64,000 nucleotides of DNA from Eledone cirrhosa (Eukaryota). The stretch lies in assembly GCA_964016885.1 (NCBI GenBank), contig OZ024742.1, forward strand, positions 123,752,001-123,816,000, given 5' to 3'. Below, piece by piece: positions 11,464 to 25,275 of the stretch. The notes beneath the pieces are model-generated. The model made no database searches, was not told the origin of the DNA, and saw nothing but the letters and a program-made list of their open reading frames with translations. Made by a program: the position numbers and the translations under genes. Numbering within the stretch: position 1 is the stretch's first letter; every line of letters starts with the position of its first letter.

Positions 11464-12987
11464 CTATACAGGGAGGTCTTTGAAAAGGGTATGTATTACT
11501 AATAAGTGTTTTATGGAGGTACCTGGTCTTTCTACTATCTTAATATTGTGTTTATGTTTATCTAGGGCCCTTCTAAATTTGTAATCTAATTCACCTCTAC
11601 GGGTTGTATCGATGAACATTACACTCTGGTATTTATTGCTATCATACCATGAGTTTATTCTATTAACCTTATTCCTAGTTCTTTCTATTCTATTCCAAAA
11701 TTTGCTCTTATACAAGGAGCAGGTCCGATTTGTATCATTATTTACAATTTTTTTCCATTTGGTTCTGGCTCCTCTATATACTTTGATTTTATCTCTCTGA
11801 TTGTAACCAGAGAACTGCATACGGTGGATGAAGTGTTGTATGCGTCTCTCTAGTTCTTTGGACTTGCACAGGCGGGACACGTTTCTCATCACCTGTACCA
11901 AATCCGCAATCAGTATGTTGATTTTGGTGTGGTCCGAAACAGCTGTCTTTCGGTGGATCAGATATTTGGAAGTCATGGGTTTGGCATAATGGGAATGGAG
12001 GATTTGTTTTTTGTTATTAATGGTTTCTAACCAGAGCTCTGTGTCTAATACAGGTACTCGATGGTTGGTGTGTTTGCTTGGGCACTCTGTAGTAACTCTA
12101 ATACTCTGGTGGATGGAGTTAGCTATTTGCTGGATGTTTTCCATTGTGTTTTTCTCTAATTCCTGACTGTTCTCTAGTGGGGGTGTTTTTACTACGATGT
12201 TTATATCCTGAACGTAGTGGGAGTACATTATCAGGGTTAAGAGGTTGCTGTCTTCTAATTGCTCTTTAAGTTTAAGTATATTGTCCCATCATACCATGAA
12301 TAGGTTAGCTATGTCACCTGCAATGCTAACACCAATGGCTGCTCCCTCCTCTTGAGCATATGTTTTTACATTAAATTTGAACATATGTTCCTTAAGGGTT
12401 AATTTTATACTGGCTCCCACCGCATGTGCAATTATTTTCTTTAGTTCATCGTGGTTTTCGGGGGTCCGTATGGCTCTGGTCCACCCGTTCCATCTATCTG
12501 TGTGGGTTTTCTTGGCCGTTTTGGTAATGGTAAGTGGTCTGCCTCTTGCTGGTCTTGTAGGGCACAGGTTGCTAAGATCATATGTATCTAGATAATCATT
12601 AATATAGGTAAGTTTAAGTAGGAATCCCAGCTCATTGGTATCAATCCCATGGAATTCAACATTGCTCTCACTGATCATTTTTACGCATTTCTCTACAGAA
12701 AAATCCACGTCAATGGATGGATATAGGGACACCACATCCATACTACCTATTATACAGTTTGTTAGGTCCCTAGAACGGTTAATTTCGCTGATTCTGTTGA
12801 GGAGGTCCTCCGTGCTGTCACATATATCTGGGGACATTTCGATGATGGGGCGTCTGATCAGGGAGAGGAAGTAGGAAAGTCTGTAGTTACTAGCAATGTT
12901 AGCTCCACAGACTGGCCGTGTTGGTGGAGCTGTGACAGGGTCACTGCTCGTTTTATGGTCTTTTCGAAGCCCATACAACGCTGGCAC
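11464..12987 (-). pseudogene. Disrupted PLE reverse transcriptase (in-frame TGA at 12289-12291; catalytic motif reads YVQD)
   Basis: ORFs 12289..12987 and 11464..12228 are in the same frame and separated by a single stop (FMV*WD). Confidence 0.8.
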
Positions 12988-13972
12988 GTCATTGTTTCAG
13001 GCCTGTAATTTGTTGGCAGTCCTTTTATTGGGCTGCATTATGTATGTCGACATCATCATATGGTCATTGAGGGTTTTCTCCCTGTCCTCATGCTCTTGTG
13101 GTGTTACTTCTCTTGCGTTAGTGATGTGGGTTTGCATTGCCTGGATGTAGCTTGACAGACTGTCAACCGACACGATGCCAGACTTATCTGTTGGAAAGCA
13201 TGCAATCTCTCCATTACGCAAGCGCTGCATGAGCTTACGCAAACCATTTGCAGATTTTTTTCACAGTTGCTGCGTCTCTATTCTATTTTGCTTCTTGCTA
13301 TACTGTTCTATAATATTACTAAGTTTAGATCTAGCTATACTAAATTGTGCTTCCGTTTGTTCATCGACCTGCGACGGCAATTGCGTGCGTTTGTTAAAAG
13401 CTAAAGTCGTGGCGTGGCTTCGTCGTAGGTCGAAGGTCATATCGGAAGGATTATACAAAGTAGAGTTCCAGGCTGCTGTTTATGTGTACTGTTGCTATTG
13501 TTATTCATAGTTGTGTTGTTTCTATTTCTCTTTCCACCAACAGCCTCGTGGTTGTTTCTATGTCTCTCATTATTACACGTGTCTCTTTCCTCTGGCTCAT
13601 TGTTATTATCTTCTCTATTTTGTGTGTCTGTGTGTTCGTCCTGGTTATTTTCTCTGTCAGTATCGATAGTCTCATGGTGTGTACCTTACCGATGTAGACT
13701 ATGGCGCCTAGGACCAATGGAGAGGACAAAGTGATGCCAGCCGTTCAACATTACAACTCCTCTCCCACCACAGTAGTAATTCTGATACATGAAGAAATTT
13801 TGATTGACAGGTGGGGAACGAGAGGAAGCAAGAAGTGGGCAACTATGAGTGGCTAGAAACCGATGACGTACAATTCTTGACCACTCATAGAATGACAACA
13901 ACAGGATCTAAATCAATGAAAGAAGAAATTCGATGTTAAAGGACTATAGGAAAATCTGCTTCGTAGATTCGA

Positions 13973-14068
13973 GACATATCTGACGACCGTGTTGATTTCA
14001 GAGTCAGGTATGATCACCATATCGCTCGTGCCTCGAGCTGATCGCCCGAGAAACATTTGTAATATGTC
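13973..14068 (+). ncRNA. Type I hammerhead motif with long, decayed stem II
   Basis: gacatat-CTGACGA-[63 nt]-GAAA-CATTTG-TA-atatgtc (7-bp stem I). The element ends at (TA)n 14190 and is related to 17359-17660. Confidence 0.62.
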
Positions 14069-14186
14069 CAATAAATTCCTTTATCCGCAACACTGATTCT
14101 CTTTTTCTGTGATACCATACACTGCTCTACGAGGGCATTGAGTGCTTATACGGCGTATCGCATACGGACGCTTTAAGCATCCAACA

Positions 14187-14260
<74 letters not shown>

Positions 14261-14513
14261 GAGAGTTTTGTAGATCACTTGAAGCATTGTTGAATAGGAA
14301 ACACAAATTAAAATAATTTTAAATACCAAAGAATGAATTAATAAGTAAATTAAATCGCTAAAATAGCAAACAAATCTTACCTTAACAAATTAAATGATCT
14401 CAAATATTTTCGGGTTTAAAAACCCATTATCAGGGGAGTAACCCTAGGAGAGACTTAAAGATTGTTTGGAGTTGACTTGTCCAGAAGGCAGATTTTATAA
14501 AAACTTAAATCTA

Positions 14514-14612
<99 letters not shown>

Positions 14613-16793
14613 CCCAGTACACCTGTGCATTATCGGGTCGGCGTCGACTAACCCCGCTAACCCTCTTCCTTGTTTCGTTAGGAGAGTGATTTTTGACACC
14701 AAACGGGACGGACAAAAAGCAAAAGCCGTCAAAGGGCTGAGTTACTCGGGGAATTAACGGCTATCCAATAAAGCATTTTTTTAGTGGAGGCAGTGGTGTC
14801 AGAGATCTCTAGCCTTCATTAAACATCTCTCTTGGAGAAGGTCACTCTATTATGAAACCTGTGACTTTGGATGGAATTGGCGTCACACCCAGCGGTAGGT
14901 TCCCCCAATCAAGTTTTGTCCTATTCACCGATTGGTAAATATATATGTAAAAGAAGGGAATTCTTATTTGTTAATTGTCTTAAAAATCAAGGAACACATA
15001 GTCAGTACTGTTATTGTAAAATCTGGTGGGATTTACTTGAAGAATATGAAGGTACGTAACTCTATATTGTAACATAATTTGAGAGATGCTCTACCAATTC
15101 CGGAAAGCGCTGACAATTTTGGTATACAGGCATGTTTCTGGAAAAAATCTCATTGAAGGCTTACTACTACCATAGATTCTGCTGGAACCAAATTGTGAGA
15201 GTTGAACTGAATGGAATATCTTCAGATGAACTATATTTGTTCTCTTTTGCTTAGAAGCATTCGGACACAACATTTAGTCTACACTCAACTTCCTTCATTT
15301 CTTCCTCAAACCTCGAGTGTCGAGTGCTGCTAAGAATTGTGGGACATAGTGACCATCTTTTGATTAAATGATAATATAACCTATTTGATAACTTGAGATC
15401 TGTATCTTGTAGACGTGTTATATTTTATAATTTCATTTTCTAAGTTATATGTACAAAAAAGTTTAAATGTGTTTTGTTCAGCTGCTTATAAGTAACGTCT
15501 TTCAAGAATATTTAAAATATTACGCCATATGAAATATTCAACAACGTTACGAGAGAGGTGTAGTGTATATAAACATGATGTTGCATAAAGCAGAATATAA
15601 AAAAAAATGTAAACATATCCTTACATTTTGTTTACAGTATAGTAATGGGTTTTATCAATAAAATATGCGCATGTCTCTTTATAGTAAGGAACTTTTAGTT
15701 TCGTGTCTTATCTACACCAACACCTTTATTTCTGTTTATACGTTTCTGTTTACTTATATTTTATATTAATATTTACACTTCATATTATATCTTACACCCC
15801 CATTATATCGGACACCATATATTTTGGGCGTGTTATTATTATTTTCTTACTTTTCTATAATCCACCTAATGGCAATTGATTGTATGTATTATATTTTACT
15901 AGATCACATAGTATATTCCATATATAATATATCATATAATATTCAATGACACCAAGATTCAATAATAGCTGAGGTTTTAATTTGATTTAATTTGTTATTC
16001 TTTTTTTTAGTTTAATTAAATCTTTGAAATAACTTCAACTAAACAAATTTTTCCTGGCTATGTTTTTTAGCTAAATTTGATATTGTGCAACCTCTCTCTC
16101 ATAATTTATAACGCTATTGAGGTAACCTTGAATATATAATTTACTACCTACATATCTACCTTACCATTTTCGTTGATATGTGAACATTGGGTGGATTTAT
16201 TATCCATCAACCGGTAACCTGTGGCCCTTTAAATAACACGTTATTCACACGGTAGACTGACTTGCTGGAAAGGCGACCGAGATTAGAATCTTCAGATGTC
16301 CACGACAGCGTAGCCAAAACGATAATTAAGGAGTGACAATCTCTAAGAATAGTGTATGTGTCGCCACTTGACAACTCCTACCCTCTCTAACGCACCTATG
16401 AGCCCCAAAAGGTAGCAGTGAGTGACATCGTGGGACTGCCTCATACAAACATAACAGCTTTTTTTGCTAGCAGTCCTCGAATCAACTTTTCCATTAGCAA
16501 TGTTATTTTCCATACCTTCCAATATTTGTTTGGATTCCAGGTAATCCTGTTATTCTGTGGATAACGCCTTATGACATCGTCTTGTCTTGCATTATAATTG
16601 GATGATAGAGCTGGTCCAGTGAAATATGTATAGTGATTTCGCGGAATTAAAATTCCTGCATCAAACACTGGATACCACATCGACAATGGATGACTTACAT
16701 TACGTTGAGTTCTTTCAATTATTTGGTACACATTTGTTTACCAAATAGAACCACCAATTCTACCCATTGGTAATCAAACTAACATAAATTATA

Positions 16794-16862
<69 letters not shown>

Positions 16863-17070
16863 TTCACAAGAATCAAAGCTATGTTCAAAACAATTGTAAG
16901 TGAATACATGTTTTGAACATAGCTTTGATTCTTGTGAATTCTATATAACTGCTTTGTAAACAACTGATGTTCTTACATTGAGCTAATTATCTTACTGGTA
17001 ATAAGGTAGTAATAAATTACTGACCTTCCCTATTTATGGTTTAAAATATACATAACTATAAATAGTATCC

Positions 17071-17337
<267 letters not shown>

Positions 17338-17358
17338 TATATATATGTACATATATAT

Positions 17359-17660
17359 ATATAATATAAAACGAAAAATCAGTGATGCATCTGAACTCAA
17401 TTTCTTGTGTGTTACAATTGTTTCGTCGGCGGACACCTCGAGACGCGATCATTGTGTGGATCTGTCCAGTATCGGACAGATCCACACAATGATCGCGTCT
17501 CGAGCTGTCCGCCGGCGAAACAATTGTAACACAAAATAAATTAAGTTCAGATGCATCACTGATTTTTCGTTTTATATTATATCATACTCTGCTCTGTAAG
17601 AGCATAGAGTGCTCAATCGACATACCGCCTATGGAAGCATCTTAGCTACCATCAGACATA
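17359..17660. mobile_element. Near-perfect ~220-bp palindrome + tail (PLE-type mini insertion) holding the 3' half of a hammerhead (GAAACAATTGTA) in each arm
   Basis: Arms ~17359-17467 / 17474-17582, tail to 17660; TA flanks. Confidence 0.72.
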
Positions 17661-17663
17661 TAC

Positions 17664-17732
<69 letters not shown>

Positions 17733-18103
17733 TGATGTCCTCAGTTAGTTTGTATCAATAGGTTTTACTGGTGTCTTTGTGTCATTCCTGTCACATCCAC
17801 ACGAATACTTGCAATGGTATTATATAAAATATATTTAGCCCGTGCACTCTATTTTAATGTATTGGGTCTTTTCTGTTGTAAACTAAGTATATACGAATAA
17901 TAAGAATAGTAATCCAACTACATAACGTATTACAATGAAAAAAAAATGCTTGGTATTTTTTGTTTCGTCATCATCAGAAGATAGAAAGAAAAATACCAGA
18001 TAAAATAGAACGATAGAGAGTGACAAAAGGAAAGAACGATAAAATATAATATTTGTATGAGAAAATGTGCATGTGTTCAGTCAGTTATTTTAGGGATCCC
18101 TCC

Positions 18104-18143
<40 letters not shown>

Positions 18144-18204
18144 CATATATATATAAATATATATATACAGACACACACATATATATATAAATATATATAT
18201 ACAG

Positions 18205-18401
<197 letters not shown>

Positions 18402-18536
18402 AAATCATATATATATATATATAAAATCATATATATATATATATATACACACACGCACATATATATATATATATAAATATATTTATATATAAATACATAT
18501 ATATATATATATACACACACACATATATATATATAT

Positions 18537-18603
<67 letters not shown>

Positions 18604-18608
18604 AATAC

Positions 18609-18727
<119 letters not shown>

Positions 18728-18764
18728 AATTACATGGAATCAAAGTTCTGTTTAAATCATTTAG

Positions 18765-18813
18765 TTGCTTACAATTGTTTCTTCCAAACCGAGGTTTGGA
18801 GTGTTCGGAGCAA
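18765..18813 (-). ncRNA. Mirror copy of the 19773 hammerhead (CCGAACA, damaged)
   Basis: Reverse complement of the same scaffold. Confidence 0.55.
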
Positions 18814-19772
18814 TTATTCAGTGAACTTTTACATACTTGACCTCCTTTTCAACACAAGAGACATATAGAAACATATGTATAATTGACCCACAGTGGGTTG
18901 ACATCCATTATAATAATACAGCATGGCAATTTACATACACAGATTACAGTCATATTAAAGGTCAAAATTAAAGTTAAAATTAAAATTAAAATAAAACATT
19001 GGCAGTTTACGAAGATAAAGCAAGAGAAAAGTTTGGAGTAGCCAGTGTATGCAACAGTCACACGTGTGGCATGCACGCGTGTCCTATTTATACAAGATTA
19101 TAGTGCGGCAGATTGTTACATGTAAAACAAGCAGTCAAAGCAGGCAATCAAGAGCATCATGGGGGATGTGCTGGTAAAGCATTTTTCACACACACTTGTA
19201 CGATATAGAAATCCGTGTGTAGAGAAACACCAAAAATATAAAAAAATTACAAATGAGGTGCAAAACAGCACCACTGTCCTCGCACACACCACCACTCTCA
19301 CAATCCAGGAAACGCAATTTATAGACTACATGTCCATCACACAATCCACGATGATTCAAAATTGGGTGCCTGGTGAACCATGCTAGAACATCACAGCTTC
19401 TCGTTCTCTAATTCGATTCTATAGAGCATGTTGTTTTTGTTGTGAGAGTTGATATCGTATTATATTCCGGAAGTGTGTGTGTGATTAAGGGGAGTTAATG
19501 CGTAAGGGGAGGTAACTAGCTGATTTCTATAGCTAAATTTATTATCTTAAAGTACATTAATGGTGTCTCAAATAAGTCCCTATCATATAAGGTTATAAAC
19601 AATTTCTAAATTTAAGTAGCTTATCTATAAATTACAGTGTAGTCTATCAAGAAGTACTAAAGGTGTTCATATTAGGATGATTACCTTCTATCATAGAGTG
19701 CCACAACCGAATATTCTACATGAAGAGTCAGATCTATGAAGAGTAAGATCTATGTAAAAATTCAATGAATAA

Positions 19773-19821
19773 TTGCTCCGAAGACACCAAACCTCGGTTT
19801 GGAAGAAACAATTGTAAGCAA
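19773..19821 (+). ncRNA. Type I hammerhead, C4 core variant (CCGAAGA)
   Basis: ttgct-CCGAAGA-caccaaac ctcg gtttggaa-GAAA-CAATTG-TA-agcaa. Confidence 0.7.
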
Positions 19822-20052
19822 ATAAATGATTTAAACAGAACTTTGATTCATGTAATTTCTATATAACTGCTGGGTAAAATAACTGATGTTGTTACATTGA
19901 GCTATTTATCTTACTGGTAATAAGATAGTAATAAATTACTGTCTTTCACTATTTAGGGTTTAAAATATATATAACTATAAAAGGTTTTAGTATATACATA
20001 ACCAAAAATAGTATCCTTAATACTATATATATATATATATATATATATAAAT

Positions 20053-20167
<115 letters not shown>

Positions 20168-20182
20168 CATATATATACATAT

Positions 20183-20370
20183 AGTAATAATAATAAATTC
20201 GAAGACTAAAATCCAAAGAGGGCTCGATAAGGATAAATATATATCAAATATATAAGAACCGTAGAGCAAATATTTATTAAAATAACAGATTAAAGTTTAA
20301 GCAAAGAGTCGCTGCTTTCAGGGTGAAAGCAGCGATTCTTTGCTTAAACTTTAATCTGTTATTTTAATAA

Positions 20371-20372
<2 letters not shown>
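20183..20372. mobile_element. Tail+hairpin mini insertion; same family at 47500-47685 and 38283-38362
   Basis: Inverted repeat ~20270-20372 centred at ~20321; three related TA-flanked copies. Confidence 0.65.
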
Positions 20373-20405
<33 letters not shown>

Positions 20406-20448
20406 AATACATATATATACATATATATATATAAATACATATATATAC

Positions 20449-20567
<119 letters not shown>

Positions 20568-20611
20568 CATATACATATTCACCTATGGACTATATCAAAC
20601 ATTAATAATTA

Positions 20612-20692
20612 ACCAGTGCATTACTGGTAGTTTATTTTATCGACCCCGTAAGGATGAAAGGCAAAGTTAATCTCGGCGGGATTTGAACTCAG
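20612..20692 (-). mobile_element. Nin/Deu-type SINE fragment
   Basis: Reverse complement of B-box and core. Confidence 0.7.
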
Positions 20693-21119
20693 CCGAATAA
20701 TAATAATATTCGTTAAGGTGTGCCGTGCCGGTGACCGATTGTTACCTGTTTGTTCAACACTGGCTTTGGGGAACAATCAAAAATATCTGGGCCATTACCC
20801 TTCATGAGGACTGTATATATCCGCCAGTCTGTTGACTGGTTTGAAATATATAGTATTTTTTCAAGTACTGAATAGCCTCTTTTTAATACCGAGTGAGTTA
20901 CGGCTCACCGATAATCTCGTTCTCTGAAACGATTGTAAAATAATGGATTAACTACTTGAATTTGGCTTAATCCTTGATTGGTAGTAGCTTTGAATAACCA
21001 ATGATATATACGAGGATATCATTCCACAAAACAGATTTCACTCTGACTAATTAGCATTATCATATCAGCATCACATTATCTTCTGAAATGGTTAAAATTC
21101 CTACCTAGATCAGGTTAAA

Positions 21120-21241
<122 letters not shown>

Positions 21242-21397
21242 TACATTTTGAGTATATGTTCGTTGTTTACCGACACCTCAGTAAGTAGTTTGGAGCATTC
21301 GACAAAGTGCGCAGGTTCGTTTGGTTACTCCGGAGTAATGTAAAATAAAATAATTAAGTCAAATATTTAAAATTTGGCTTCGTTTATTAAAGGTGTT

Positions 21398-21450
21398 CTG
21401 CTATATATATTTCGGTGACAGCCATCCTTGACTGTGACCTCTTCAGGCAG
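21398..21450 (-). ncRNA. Mirror copy of the 21627 hammerhead
   Basis: Reverse complement reads ctgc-CTGAAGA-stem II-GAAA-TATATATA-gcag. Confidence 0.82.
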
Positions 21451-21626
21451 TCCGAATTGGTGTGGTATAGACGGGTACACATGTTGTTGAAGTGTTTAAC
21501 TTCAACAACATGTGATTCCAGTTCCTCAGAGAAATAACATCCCAAACAGGAACTGGGCATAGCGGAGTATTGACGGAGTTAAACACTTCAACAACATGTG
21601 TACCCGTCTCTACCACACCAAGTCGG

Positions 21627-21681
21627 ACTGCCTGAAGAGGTCACAGTCAAGGATGGCGGTCACCGAAATATATATAGCAGT
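21627..21681 (+). ncRNA. Type I hammerhead with (AU)4 helix III
   Basis: actgc-CTGAAGA-ggtcacagtca agga tggcggtcacc-GAAA-TATATATA-gcagt. Confidence 0.82.
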
Positions 21682-21730
21682 ACACCTTTAATAAACGAAA
21701 CCACATTTTAAATATTTGACTTAATTATTT

Positions 21731-21793
<63 letters not shown>

Positions 21794-22875
21794 TTTTGTA
21801 TTGTTTTGCCTAGCATTTGTCTATCCCAGGTTTCTGTTATTCTGTAGACCATTTGTGTTATATCCATTTGTTTTTTAGTATTTCCAGTTAATAGATAAAT
21901 GATTGATTACATGCATTTATGGATGGCGTGTAATCTTAACCTAACATGAATTTTTCACAAAGAGAAAAGTAAATCCATGTTTGATAAACGAATGTTTTAA
22001 GTAAAATTTGTGTCTGGTTTATAGTATATAAAACGGCATGAAAGGAAAATAGCAGACTTGCTATAGTCATGCTGTTGCTGATGATATTTTATCTAAAGTA
22101 GATATATATTTTGTTGCATTTGATGTCGAATAGTTGTTTACAAGTAAATTATATTTGGAAAATCCTTTTTCCTACATATGTATTTATATATTTTTCAATA
22201 GAATTCTGAAATCTGGTTTAGCCATTTCTCCCTTATCCTCTTCTTGAATTTGTTATAAAATGCATATAGATAAGTAACTGTACGATGTTTATTTACAATA
22301 CAACTATTCACATTATCAGGCTTTTAGGTTATAAACTCTCTCATTCCGATGCATTCTAACTGATTTATTCTCAAAATTCATTATATTTTCAAATATTATA
22401 TTCACCAATAATCATTTTTGTCGGCATTCCAAAAATCCCCCGTAACATATTGGCTTTTTCAATATAATTATTTACATTGGGTGTTTTCGAAAATTATCGA
22501 GACGAAGCGTAGGTACATTTGAAATTTATAGAAAAGGGTTGGAAACTTGAACGCAAGGACAGCTGTTAAAACAGCTGAAAGCCATCAATGATAATAGCAT
22601 GGAAATCGCGTAAAAGTACCCCTAAGGACAGAAAATAATATCCGGTGACACTCCTCTCTCAATCATTTATACGTTTCATGTACCTTACACTCACCACAAA
22701 TCTGTCCTTCTCTCCATAGCCACTGGCCACTGTTTTCTATCTTCAAGGGTAGTTTTACTCGACTTTCATGCTGTTGTCATTAATGGCTTTCTGGTCTTTT
22801 ACTAGCTTTTTCAAGAGTTCCACTTTCTAAATATTCTCTTTTAAATAAATGTTATTGTTAATAACAATGTAGAGC

Positions 22876-23210
22876 GTGGATTGGCAGTATCAGTAGAGCA
22901 TCAGATACCATGCTTTACATCATATAGCTGAGGCCCTTTATGTTCTGAGTTCAAATTTCACTGAATTTAACTTTGCCTTTCATCCTTACGGGGTCGATAA
23001 AATAAAGTACCAGTCACGCACTGGGGTCGATTTAATCCACTTTCGCAACCCAAAATTGCTGGCCTTGTGCCTATATAAGAAACCATTATTATTATTATTG
23101 ATAATAATTGTTTCTACTTTTGGTACAAGGCCAGCAATTACCCAGTACATTACTTGTACTTTATTTTATCGACTCCGTAAGGATGAAAGGCAACGTTAAC
23201 TTTGGCGGGT
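22876..23210. mobile_element. Nin/Deu-type SINE (+) followed tail-to-tail by an inverted 3' fragment
   Basis: Core on + at ~22975-23015 and on - at ~23150-23195. Confidence 0.75.
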
Positions 23211-24489
23211 TCATATAATAATGATAATAATAATGATAATTGTCGATTACTAATGTCCTTGATGTCACAAATTTAATGATGTTCGCAAACCCAACATTTT
23301 TATCTTCAAAATATTTTGTCATTTGTGTTCGAAATCCGAGAAAATAAAATCTAAACTGATAATAAAGAGAGATATTATGTCTTTTAGAAATAGTGAAACT
23401 AGTGTATGAGAAACAAAACCTTGCTTGGCTCCGTTCTAAGATAAAATCTGACCAGTTTCAATGTTTCATGGTTTCTATAAATAGCTTTTCCGAGAAGTGA
23501 TTATTTAGATTATATTGGCTAAAAAAAAAAACAAAAAAAAAAAAAACAACCAATATGTGGCATTGTGCCTATGTGAAAAATTGTCTTTGGTTACGGAATG
23601 ACAACAGTGCGTCTTAAGACTATGACTTACATAAGAAACATTGTTCTGTCCTCTTTGGTCTGTGTAAAACCCTGTCATGTTCAAAGGTTTCATTGATCAA
23701 TATGTTGTGAATGGAATTTCTACCAGGAATATACTGATGTAGTTCAGTTGATCAAAATAATAAAACATTGCTTTTTCTACAATTGGCTATTCAGAAGAGC
23801 CTAAACATTTCAGTATGTATGATATAAAATAACTTACATCAAACGTGAAATCTCTTGACATCACTCGTAAACTATGACGCGGGAATCTTTGATGCGAGAA
23901 ATAAAGTTGTAAGTTGATACATGTTGTTTTTGAAATCTATATTGTTTCATGATAATGCGTATGTTAGAAATGTTGTTCATCCATTGGGTATGAGTTTCTT
24001 GCAAATAACCTTTGATAGAAAATAATCGGAATGCATATCATAAAAAATAATATAATATGGTGTTAAGTCTTAGCATTTTTCTTAAAATATCAGTCCAATA
24101 CTATGAATTTACGTGACGTGTTTACATGCGAATACCCCCTTTTAATAACAGTATACCCAGATGTCAATGCAAAGGGAATATATATATAGAATTCAGCAAA
24201 ATGCATTAAAATATCTAAAACTAAGAAGAATACTTTTGTTATGTTCATGTCATATATAATTCAACCCGGTATAATAATTACAGGTTTTAGACTATGCATT
24301 ACATATGCCTCCAGGTCGATACACATTGTAATCCAATTCACATATTACATCAAACTGAATCCAAGGGAAATAATTTTTAACTGTTTATTTGTATTAACCC
24401 TTTGACCTGTAGATATTAATAAACAGATAATTATTTGAACATTTGTTCGTTTACAATTATTAAGCTTGCACCCTCATTCATGCGGTTGA

Positions 24490-25045
24490 TTGGCAGATTC
24501 GGTAGAGCGTCAGACACCATGCTTTTCAGCATATTGTTATGCCCCATTCCGTTCAAGGTTCAAATCCCACCGAGGTTATCTTCGCCTTTCATCCTTACGG
24601 GGTCGATAAAATAAAGCACCAGGAACGCACTGAGGTAGATTTAATCGACTTTCTTCCCCCCCCCCCAATATATTGCCTTGTGCCTATAGTTGAAATCATT
24701 ATTATTATTATTATTATGGATAATAATTGTTTCTACTTTTGGCACAGGGCCAGCAATTTGTCAATGCATTACTGGTACTTTATTCTATCGACTCCGGAAG
24801 GATGAAAGGCAAAGTTAATAATAATGATAATAATAATGATAATGGTCGATTGGCAAAATCATTAGAACGCTGGGTAAATATATTGTGTGACATTTGTTCC
24901 AGCTCTTTACATTCTGAGTTAACATCCACCCGAGGTGAACGGACCCTTTCATGTTTCTGGGGTTGACGAAATAAAGTACCAGTTATGATCGACTTCCTCT
25001 CCTCACGAATTTCAGGCCTTGTGCCTAGATTAGAATCCATAATAA
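24490..25045. mobile_element. SINE cluster: Nin/Deu SINE (+), inverted fragment, degenerate SINE (+)
   Basis: Core motifs at ~24584, ~24770-24812 (-) and ~24945. Confidence 0.72.
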
Positions 25046-25080
25046 TAATTATTATTATCATTATTAATGTTATCGTAAAG

Positions 25081-25275
25081 GGCGGTGAAGTGGCAGTATC
25101 GGTAGTGTGTCGGACGCCATGCTTTGACGCATAGAGTTACGGCCCTTGCCATTCTGAGTTCAAATCCCGCCAAACTTAACTTTGCATTTCATCCTTACTG
25201 GGTCGATACAATAAAGTACCAGTAATGCACTGGGATAAATGCTGGCCTTCTGGCAAAAGTAGAGACAATTGTTAT
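25081..25275 (+). mobile_element. Nin/Deu-type SINE
   Basis: Homologous to 55191-55385. Confidence 0.8.

Larger units (their letters stand above)
10631..13500 (-). mobile_element. Degenerate, nearly full-length Penelope-like element (Naiad-like RT, C-terminal GIY-YIG)
   Basis: Fragmented ORFs contain PTDKSG, LYGLRKDHK, TRPVC, GSMDVVSLYPSI, QEEGAAIG, YVQD (mutated YVDD), VLDTELW and HYAKPM. A GIY-YIG remnant lies at ~11200-11470 and the 3' end abuts (TA)n. The clade assignment is from recalled motifs. Confidence 0.8.
21244..21736. mobile_element. Non-coding hairpin+tail insertion (PLE-type) carrying two inverted hammerheads
   Basis: Tail 21244-21340, inverted arms ~21341-21500 / 21577-21736, (TA)n flanks. 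Confidence 0.75.

Noticed and set aside
12289-12291. In-frame TGA in the Naiad-like RT as possible selenocysteine readthrough
   Set aside because: It falls in FMV*WD, more simply a TGG>TGA change at a Trp-type position. The copy also has a YVQD catalytic motif and frameshifts, and I recognised no SECIS.
14395-14448. Minus-strand CTGATAA-gggtt/aaccc-GAAA motif in a TA-flanked element
   Set aside because: C3/A8 mismatch and stem I does not pair; at most a decayed ribozyme, so not counted.
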